From Paludibacteraceae bacterium (GTDB taxonomy: Bacteria > Bacillota > Clostridia > Oscillospirales > Acutalibacteraceae): 64,000 nucleotides of DNA. Below the pieces are notes generated by a model that was not told the DNA's origin, did no database searches, and saw nothing but the letters and a program-made list of their open reading frames with translations. Of this stretch, positions 57,229 through 64,000 are shown in pieces. Every line of letters begins with the position of its first letter. Within the stretch, counting starts at the first letter, position 1. The position numbers were made by a program, and so were the translations under genes. Location: NCBI GenBank assembly GCA_963647215.1, contig CAVIZK010000006.1, positions 34,766-98,765 on the forward strand, read 5' to 3'.

Positions 57229-58911
57229 TCAAGTAGCTACGGTATTTTTTGCGTGTTGTAACAGTTCTTTTGCACTTTCTTTTTGCAAGTCCGTAATTTC
57301 CACGCCGCCCATAATTCGGGCCAGCTCTTTAATCCGTCCATCCGTGTCTAGTGGCTGGACGCGGGTATAGGTTTTCCCGTCCTGTACTTCCTTATATAGG
57401 AAGAAGTGGGATTCCGCATACGCTGCCACCTGCGCGCTGTGGGTAATACAGATAACCTGGTGTCTGGCGCTGACGGCCTTCAGCTTAATGGCAATTTTTT
57501 CTGCCGCGCTACCGGAAACACCGGTGTCAATTTCATCAAAAATCAGGGTGGCAACATTGCCTTTATCTGATAAAACATTCTGAATGGCCAGCAGAATCCT
57601 TGACAGTTCGCCGCCGGAGGCTATTTTGGCCAGTGGTTTTAAGGCTTCGCCCGGATTCGGACTAATTAAGAACTCAATCTGGTCGGATCCGGTCGGATTC
57701 AGCTTACAGCGGGTAAAGCTTGTGGACAGTTCCACATGCGGCATGTCCAAAAACTGCAGTTCCTTCTGGACACGAACTTCAAAATCAGATGCCGCATGGC
57801 TTCTGGCCAAATGCAACCGATCGGCGGCGGCCAACAGCTGCTCTTTTCGTTGTTCCAGTTCTGCAAGCACTTCTTCCCGATTGGTGCCAAGCCCCTGCAG
57901 AGATTGCAATTCTTCTTCCGCGTCCGCCAAATAAGAAAGCATGCTTTCTTCGTCCGGCCCGTATTTCAATTGCAACTGGTGAAGGAAACTGAGCCGTTCC
58001 TCTACCGCTGCCTGTTGTTGCGGATTGTAGTCTGCCTGCAGCAGGATGGTTTCAATGTGATCTTTTAAATCCTGTGCAGCGTAAGCAAGATCATTGGCTT
58101 CCTGTAATAAGGCAGAAGCTTCTTCCAAATGACCCGCCGGGCTCTGTAACGCATTGACCACATCAAACAACAGAGTCAGTGCTCCATTGGTTTCTTCCCC
58201 GTCTGTTAAAGCGGCTTCTGCGCGATGCAGCCCATCCAAAACCTTTTCCGCATTGCGGAAAAAGTCCCTTTTCTTTTTTAATTCATCATATTCGCCTACG
58301 GTTAGTTGTGCCGCCTGCAGCTCCTGTATTTCAAACTGCAATGTTTCTATGCGGCGCTGGCGTTCCTCTGCGCCGGATTCCAGCTGGCGGAAGTTACGGT
58401 ATAACCGGGAATAGGCTTCGTATTCTCTTAAATACGCCTGATGGATGGGTTCCAAACCACCCAGGGCATCCAGATATTGATAATGGTATTCCGGATTCAG
58501 CAGATTCTGGGAATCATGCTGTCCATGAATACTAATCAGCGTTTTTCCAATGGCCTTCAGCATGGAAACCGTAACCGGCGTGCCGTTTACTTTGCAAATA
58601 TTTCTTCCGTCTTCCCGAATGGCACGGGAAATCTGCAGGGCGCGGTCAGGTGGGGCCGAAAGGCCAAGCTGTTGCAGTGCTTCCAGCGTATCGTCTGAAA
58701 CCTGTTCAAACAGGGCAGCCACCGTTGCGCCGGAAGCCCCGGTTCGAATTAAGTCTTTGGACGTTCGTTCCCCCAGGACCGCGCTTAAAGCGTCAATGAC
58801 GATGGATTTGCCGGCGCCGGTTTCGCCGCTCAGGACATTCAGGCCGGAGCAAAAATCCATTTGTGCCGCTTCAATAATGGCAATATTTTCAATGGTAAGA
58901 CTACTGAGCAT
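57229..58911 (-). CDS. recN: DNA repair protein RecN
   Basis: SMC-like protein with Walker A GETGAGKS, a long coiled coil, signature SGGELSR and Walker B LIFDEIDTG. Confidence 0.95.
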   Translation of the reverse strand: MLSSLTIENIAIIEAAQMDFCSGLNVLSGETGAGKSIVIDALSAVLGERTSKDLIRTGASGATVAALFEQVSDDTLEALQQLGLSAPPDRALQISRAIREDGRNICKVNGTPVTVSMLKAIGKTLISIHGQHDSQNLLNPEYHYQYLDALGGLEPIHQAYLREYEAYSRLYRNFRQLESGAEERQRRIETLQFEIQELQAAQLTVGEYDELKKKRDFFRNAEKVLDGLHRAEAALTDGEETNGALTLLFDVVNALQSPAGHLEEASALLQEANDLAYAAQDLKDHIETILLQADYNPQQQAAVEERLSFLHQLQLKYGPDEESMLSYLADAEEELQSLQGLGTNREEVLAELEQRKEQLLAAADRLHLARSHAASDFEVRVQKELQFLDMPHVELSTSFTRCKLNPTGSDQIEFLISPNPGEALKPLAKIASGGELSRILLAIQNVLSDKGNVATLIFDEIDTGVSGSAAEKIAIKLKAVSARHQVICITHSAQVAAYAESHFFLYKEVQDGKTYTRVQPLDTDGRIKELARIMGGVEITDLQKESAKELLQHAKNTVAT

Positions 58912-58923
58912 GGATCTTTCCTC

Positions 58924-59382
58924 CTAGGCAAGAATCCGTTCCCGGAGTTCCTGACAAAAGGCCTCTGCCCGTTCTTCGGTTCGGCACAAAACAAAGATGG
59001 TGTCATCTCCGGCCAGGGTGCCGACAATGCCTTTAAAATCCAGTGCGTCCAAAGCGGCGCCGGCGGCATTCGCCATGCCGACATGGGTTTTTACAACGCA
59101 GGTATTCATGGCATAGTCTACTGAAAGAATGGCTCCGGCTAAGATACTGTCATACCGTTCCTGGTGCAGTTCCCGGTCTGTTGTACCAACACTGTAATAC
59201 GACCTTCCGTCACTGCCGACCTTCTTCACTAATTTCAGTTCCTTTAAATCCCGGGAAATGGTAGCCTGGGTTACCTGTACGCCATCTTCTGTCAGGTGAC
59301 GAATCAGCTCATCCTGGGTGGAAATCTGAAAATCTGTAATCAGCTTTAAAATGTGTGCCTGGCGTTCCTTACGTGCGTTCAT
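58924..59382 (-). CDS. argR: Arginine repressor
   Basis: RQAHILKLITD...TQATISRDLKEL winged helix, and C-terminal GTLAGDDTIFV arginine-binding motif. Confidence 0.9.
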   Translation of the reverse strand: MNARKERQAHILKLITDFQISTQDELIRHLTEDGVQVTQATISRDLKELKLVKKVGSDGRSYYSVGTTDRELHQERYDSILAGAILSVDYAMNTCVVKTHVGMANAAGAALDALDFKGIVGTLAGDDTIFVLCRTEERAEAFCQELRERILA

Positions 59383-59385
59383 ACA

Positions 59386-60249
59386 TCAGTCCTCCGTTTT
59401 GGACATTTTCTTTTTCAGAATTTCAAAGAAGTTTTCATGCTTAATGCGAATAAAATTGGCATAACGAAGGGATTTATAAACTTTTACAATATCCCCCTTC
59501 TTCAATTCCACAGATGGTTCCCCATCTACGGAAAGAAGCAAATCCGTATATCTTGCCTCTTCCCCGCAGGTCAGAGTCAACCGGTTATTCGGATTAAATA
59601 CAATGGGTCTGGAAAAAACCGAGTGCGCGCAAATAGGAGTAACAACAATGCCTTCCAATTGCGGATCAATAATCGGGCCGCCTGCAGAAAAGGTGTAGGC
59701 GGAAGAACCGGTTGGTGTGGAAACAATAATGCCGTCTGCATGGTAAGATGCAATGTGGCGGCCGTCACAGGCAAGGTCTAAATCGCACATGCGCATTTCA
59801 ATGCCACGGGCAACCACCACGTCATTAATAACGTGGTTGGAGTAGACCTCTTCCCCTTCCCGGTAAACGCTGACTTCCAGGAGCATGCGATGGTCTTCGG
59901 TGTAATCGCCATCAATCAGCTTTTTCAGCAGGGAGAGCTCATCACTTTCCAGACCGGCCATAAAAGCAAGGCGTCCGGCATTAATGCAAAGCACCGGTTT
60001 TTTATAATCCACAATACTTTTGGCGCAGGTCAGCATGGTGCCGTCTCCGCCAACGGAAATAACGGCGTCACACCAGACCACCAGCTCTGGGAATTCCATA
60101 AAGCGGATATTCGGAATTTCATTTGCCAGGTTCCGGTCAAAGGTACGGAAGGCAAACTCCGCGCCATAAACCGTCAGCCACTGACAAATTTCCTTGGTGA
60201 CTGCCAACGCATTTTTTCTTGTTAAATTCGGAATAATGGCTACTTTCAT
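59386..60249 (-). CDS. nadK: NAD kinase
   Basis: GGDGT motif (SVGGDGTML), NxGxLGF-like INAGRLAFM, and TPTGSSAY. Confidence 0.92.
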   Translation of the reverse strand: MKVAIIPNLTRKNALAVTKEICQWLTVYGAEFAFRTFDRNLANEIPNIRFMEFPELVVWCDAVISVGGDGTMLTCAKSIVDYKKPVLCINAGRLAFMAGLESDELSLLKKLIDGDYTEDHRMLLEVSVYREGEEVYSNHVINDVVVARGIEMRMCDLDLACDGRHIASYHADGIIVSTPTGSSAYTFSAGGPIIDPQLEGIVVTPICAHSVFSRPIVFNPNNRLTLTCGEEARYTDLLLSVDGEPSVELKKGDIVKVYKSLRYANFIRIKHENFFEILKKKMSKTED

Positions 60250-60277
60250 TTCCGTTCTCCGTTTCCTGCCGTGCTGC

Positions 60278-61087
60278 TTAAGCGTTTAAAGCCTGATGGG
60301 ATTCTTCCGTTAAGCTGCTAATGGGAAAATCCACCTGATTTTCCGGCTGCTCTGCTTTTTCCAACAGCATTAAATATTCTATATTTCCTTCCGGTCCCTT
60401 AATGGGTGAATACGTCAGTCCCAATAAAGAAAATCCGGTTTCCAGGGCAAATGCGGTAATGGTTTCCACCACTTCCGTATGCACTGCAACGTCCCGGACA
60501 ACCCCTTTCTTGCCGACCTTTTCCTTTCCCGCTTCAAATTGCGGTTTAATCAGGCAAACGGCCTGTCCGTGATCCTCTAATAAAGTATGTAATACCGGAA
60601 GGATTTTTTTCAATGAGATAAAGGATACATCCACACTGGAAAAGCCGATTTTATCCGGTACCTGTTCCTCTGTTACGTAGCGGAAGTTGGTTCGTTCCAG
60701 GTTGACCACCCGTTCGTCTGAGCGAAGTTTCCAGGCCAGCTGTCCGTATCCGACATCTATGGAATAAACCTTTACTGCACCGTTTTGCAGCATACAGTCA
60801 GTAAATCCGCCGGTGGAAGCACCCACGTCCATGCAAATTTTTCCATCCAGGGACAGATTCCAAAGCTGCATGGCTTTTTCCAGCTTCAGGCCACCGCGAC
60901 TGACGTAAGGAAGCTTGCTTCCGCGCACTTCAATTTTGTCTTCCGGCTTAATCTGGGTGCCGGCCTTGGTTTCTTTTTGCCCGTTTACATAGACCTGACC
61001 GGCCATAATCAGGGCCTTGGCCTTTTCCCGACTGTCGGTATGGCCTTCTTCAAAGACGGCCAGATCCAAACGTTTTTTCTCACTCAT
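60278..61087 (-). CDS. tlyA: TlyA-family rRNA (cytidine-2'-O)-methyltransferase
   Basis: S4 domain (KRLDLAVFEEG...SREKAKALIMAG), VSRGGLKLEKA, and SAM site DVGASTGGFTD. Trimmed to ATG 61087 (8-nt overlap with xseB). Confidence 0.88.
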   Translation of the reverse strand: MSEKKRLDLAVFEEGHTDSREKAKALIMAGQVYVNGQKETKAGTQIKPEDKIEVRGSKLPYVSRGGLKLEKAMQLWNLSLDGKICMDVGASTGGFTDCMLQNGAVKVYSIDVGYGQLAWKLRSDERVVNLERTNFRYVTEEQVPDKIGFSSVDVSFISLKKILPVLHTLLEDHGQAVCLIKPQFEAGKEKVGKKGVVRDVAVHTEVVETITAFALETGFSLLGLTYSPIKGPEGNIEYLMLLEKAEQPENQVDFPISSLTEESHQALNA

Positions 61088-61283
61088 GCGTTTCTTCTGC
61101 ACTCTCTTCCGTTTTGGAAATTTTCAGTTCTGCCGCATCCAGGGTCTTATTGCAAAAAGCGGCCAGTCTGGTACCTTCTTCAAAGAGCTTTAAAGAATCA
61201 TCCAGGCCTAACTCGCCCTTTTCCAGTTTTGCCACAATTTCTTCCAAACGGGCAATTGCAGCTTCATATGTTAGTTCTGCCAT
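61080..61283 (-). CDS. xseB: Exodeoxyribonuclease VII small subunit
   Basis: 67 aa with YEAAIARLEEIVAKLEKGELGLDDSLKLFEEG, the XseB signature. Confidence 0.9.
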   Translation of the reverse strand: MAELTYEAAIARLEEIVAKLEKGELGLDDSLKLFEEGTRLAAFCNKTLDAAELKISKTEESAEETHE

Positions 61284-61286
61284 GGG

Positions 61287-62567
61287 TTACTCCTGTTCCA
61301 CGGATTCCACGCGGCAATGGATTTTGCCGTCTGAAACCTGTACTGTCATATCTTCTTTCGGGTTTACTGCAGTAATGCTTTGCACTACTTTGCCTTCCCG
61401 GTTAAAGGAAAGACTGTATCCTCTTGCCAGCACCTTCAGCGGCGCAAAAGCGTCCAGCTTTCCGGCACAAACAGATAATTGCATGCGTCCCTTTTGTACC
61501 TGTGTTTCCATGATACGTTGCATGCCTTCTTCCCGGCGATGTAGTCTTTGCTGCTCCATCAGCACCCTGCTTTGCAACAGCTGTGTCATTTTATCTGTCA
61601 TGGCATCCAGGGTTAAACGGCGTTCGTTAATCAGGGAAGTTAAGCTGCGCAACACCGTACTGGAAGCCAGTGCATTGACTTTTGTCCGGTTGTTTTTCAG
61701 ATAGGAATTCATACTGCCGCGAAGTTTGGACTGCATCAGCAGCAGCTTTTCCATTTCTTCCAGGCGATCCGGGGTACACACTTCTGCCGCTGCAGACGGC
61801 GTTGGCGCCCGTAGGTCGGACACAAAATCCACAATGGTGAAATCTGTTTCGTGTCCGACACCGGTTACTACCGGGGTCTGCAGGTCAAATACAGTACGGG
61901 CCACGCGTTCGTCATTGAAGCACCAAAGGTCTTCCATGGACCCGCCGCCGCGCACCAAAAGGATAACATCCGGATGCCGGCTGTCCAGTTCCTGCAGTGC
62001 ATTGCAAATTTGTAATGGAGCGCTGTTCCCCTGTACCAGACAGGGCGCCAGCAGGACTTCTGCCTGTGGCCAGCGGCGGCGCAGGACGTTGCAAACGTCC
62101 TGGAACGCGGCCCCTGTTGGAGAGGTGGCTACTCCGATTTTTTTGGGATAGTCCGGCAGTGGTTTCTTATGACGGTCATCAAAAAGTCCTTCTTTTCCCA
62201 GCTTTTCCTTTAGCTGTTCAAAAGCCAGACTTAAGGAGCCAAGGCCATCCGGCTGCATATTATCAATATAAAATTGATATTGGCCGCCCACTGTATAAAC
62301 AGCAACGGAGCCGAAGCAGATAACTTTCATACCATCCTTCGGCAGAAAAGGAAGCCGTTCCGCATTGCTGCGGAACATAACCGCTTTTATCTGCGAATCC
62401 TTATCTTTCAGGGTCAAATAAAAATGGCCACTGCGGACATGGTTATTGAAATTGGAAATTTCTCCGACCAAAAAAATATGTTTCAGTCTGAAATCCGCAT
62501 CTAAGACGGATTTAATATACGTATTCAGCTGACTAACGGTCAGCACCTGAGGGGTTACGGATTCCAT
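61287..62567 (-). CDS. xseA: Exodeoxyribonuclease VII large subunit
   Basis: N-terminal OB fold (GEISNF......GH.YLTLKD), catalytic region RGGGS.EDLW.FN and GHE.D.T. Confidence 0.93.
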   Translation of the reverse strand: MESVTPQVLTVSQLNTYIKSVLDADFRLKHIFLVGEISNFNNHVRSGHFYLTLKDKDSQIKAVMFRSNAERLPFLPKDGMKVICFGSVAVYTVGGQYQFYIDNMQPDGLGSLSLAFEQLKEKLGKEGLFDDRHKKPLPDYPKKIGVATSPTGAAFQDVCNVLRRRWPQAEVLLAPCLVQGNSAPLQICNALQELDSRHPDVILLVRGGGSMEDLWCFNDERVARTVFDLQTPVVTGVGHETDFTIVDFVSDLRAPTPSAAAEVCTPDRLEEMEKLLLMQSKLRGSMNSYLKNNRTKVNALASSTVLRSLTSLINERRLTLDAMTDKMTQLLQSRVLMEQQRLHRREEGMQRIMETQVQKGRMQLSVCAGKLDAFAPLKVLARGYSLSFNREGKVVQSITAVNPKEDMTVQVSDGKIHCRVESVEQE

Positions 62568-62578
62568 AGGTACCCTCC

Positions 62579-63550
62579 TTAGAAACGGTCTTGCAAAGAG
62601 GCAAGAACAGCAATACCGGCGGCATTATCTGCAGAAAAAACCGGTTCTGCAAAGCTGCAGTCAAAGCGGTTCAGAAAGTCCTGACGGATGATGCTGTTGC
62701 TCATGACACCGCCGGAAAAGACCAGATGCATTCCGGGATGCTCCTGTAACAGAGCCGTTGCCATGGCAGCCAGGGATTCTTTAATATAAGTCAGACAATA
62801 AAGGGCAATGTCTGCCGGCGCTTCTCCGGCCTGTAACCTCTTCTGACATTGATTTTCCACACCGGACAAACTGCAATTTAGGCCTTTTACAGATGGATGC
62901 ACTTGATAGGTTCCGGTAGATTGCAAAGCCAGGCGCTCCAGTTCCGGACCGGCCGGAAACGGAAGGCCCAGCATAACGCCAACACGGTCAATGGCCATGC
63001 CGGCCTTTAAATCAGATGAAGTGCCAAGCAGTGTTGCTTCCAGTGGTGCTTCCGTGCCCTTTTGCACCAGCAGGCTTTCGGTTGTTCCGCCACTGACATG
63101 AAATGCCAGAAACTCCTGTCCTACCAGATCCAGACGGCCGGCAGAATACAGGGCAGCCGCAATATGGCCTTCCTGGTGGGAAAAAGAAAACAGCGGGACG
63201 CCGAGCACGGCAGCAAGACTTTCGGCGGTATGCTGCCCTACCGTAAAGCAGGGCATATAAGATCCGCTGACCCTTCTTGGCCGGTCCGAAACACCTACCG
63301 CTTTTAACAGTGGTCCTATGGGACGGTCTTCCGGAAGAACGCCTGCGGTCCGGCACTCTGACAGCAGGTCCGTCAGCAGGACGGACAATTGCTGGGTATG
63401 GTGGAAAACGGCATCGCTCTGGCGGATGCCCTTTTCCCCGGGCCGAACCGGAAGCAGCTTTTTCTTCTGGAAGACCCGTTCGGTTGCAGTATCATACAGC
63501 GCCACAGACGTTGTGTAATTACTGGTATCTATGCCAAGATAAAGGCTCAT
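62579..63550 (-). CDS. Kae1/TsaD-like (glycoprotease, peptidase M22 family) ASKHA-fold protein, divergent paralogue
   Basis: GIDTSNYTTSVAL N-terminus, HQEGH (HxxxH metal motif), SGGV.SN near the C-terminus. Differs from the canonical TsaD N-terminus (GIETSCDET). Confidence 0.7.
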   Translation of the reverse strand: MSLYLGIDTSNYTTSVALYDTATERVFQKKKLLPVRPGEKGIRQSDAVFHHTQQLSVLLTDLLSECRTAGVLPEDRPIGPLLKAVGVSDRPRRVSGSYMPCFTVGQHTAESLAAVLGVPLFSFSHQEGHIAAALYSAGRLDLVGQEFLAFHVSGGTTESLLVQKGTEAPLEATLLGTSSDLKAGMAIDRVGVMLGLPFPAGPELERLALQSTGTYQVHPSVKGLNCSLSGVENQCQKRLQAGEAPADIALYCLTYIKESLAAMATALLQEHPGMHLVFSGGVMSNSIIRQDFLNRFDCSFAEPVFSADNAAGIAVLASLQDRF

Positions 63551-63948
63551 GCTTCTGTCCTGGAAAGGGTTCCCAAAATACCGTTAATAAAGGAGCTGTC
63601 TTCCTTTCCGGCGTATTTCTTGGCTAATTCCACCGCTTCATTAATGGTAACGCCAACCGGAACCTCTTCAAAATAAAGGATTTCCGTAATGGCCAAGCGA
63701 AGAATGGCAAGGGAAACCTTGCTCATGCGGTCTAAGGTCCAGCCCACCGCATAGGTTGTAATTTTGTTGTCCAGCTCTTCCTGGTGCGCCTTGGCAGACG
63801 TTACCAATTGCTCCGTAAAAGCAGATGGTTCAATATACTCGGAATCCAGTCCAAGCTGCATTAATTCTGCAGCTTCCAGTTCCGGCTGGAACAATTGTTC
63901 AAATAACAGCAGAAAAGCCTGCTCCCGTTCCTGACTTCTGGTCAGCAT
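63547..63948 (-). CDS. nusB: Transcription antitermination factor NusB
   Basis: RSQEREQAFLLLFE..., LAILRLAITEILYF.EVP..VTINEAVELAKKY. Trimmed to ATG 63948. ATGA overlap with the downstream gene. Confidence 0.9.
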   Translation of the reverse strand: MLTRSQEREQAFLLLFEQLFQPELEAAELMQLGLDSEYIEPSAFTEQLVTSAKAHQEELDNKITTYAVGWTLDRMSKVSLAILRLAITEILYFEEVPVGVTINEAVELAKKYAGKEDSSFINGILGTLSRTEA

Positions 63949-64000
63949 AAATTTTGTACCCCCATAAATAAAAAAGCCCTTCAAAACCGATATTCAGTTT

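Overview
About 50% GC chromosomal segment of a Firmicutes/Clostridia-type anaerobe. That assignment is inferred from the ispH::rpsA fusion, class 3 FBPase, a Fur-family regulator with reverse rubrerythrin, HemZ, and the nusB-xseAB-tlyA-nadK-argR-recN gene order. Most of the window is tightly packed housekeeping: pstC(3' end)-pstA-pstB-phoU plus a PhoB/PhoR-like two-component pair; cmk-plsC-ispH::rpsA; comEA; asd; queA-tgt-yajC; a MATE pump; radA; a lipid kinase; fumarate hydratase alpha; the S1/DivIC/S4/HU cluster; a MOP flippase; hemZ-like; dtd-relA-recJ; a stand-alone tRNA-Ala(GGC); fbp; Fur-family regulator plus rubrerythrin; argCJBD; tyrS; and recN-argR-nadK-tlyA-xseBA-(TsaD-like)-nusB. 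The only clearly accessory segment is a roughly 9.3 kb low-GC island (about 24.6-33.9 kb). It encodes a five-gene glycoside-degradation operon (GH43-like, GH1, GPH symporter, GH43-like, GH78 rhamnosidase) with a divergent TetR regulator, and a decayed IS30 transposase fragment marks its right edge. I found no CRISPR array, no recognisable defence or toxin-antitoxin system, and no biosynthetic cluster. The candidates for new biology are modest and inferential. The main ones are: (1) an orphan tyrosine recombinase beside a 620-bp gene-free AT-rich tract holding three perfect palindromes, one with 13-6-13 recombinase-core-like geometry; (2) a promoter, uORF and intrinsic terminator forming a leader in front of the MATE pump; (3) the island itself and its apparent read-through into cupin-radA; (4) several poorly characterised proteins (acidic-repeat membrane protein, SDR with a Cys-rich C-terminal extension, TsaD-like paralogue). 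Coordinates of many CDS starts were trimmed from the ORF track using RBS positions visible in the sequence.
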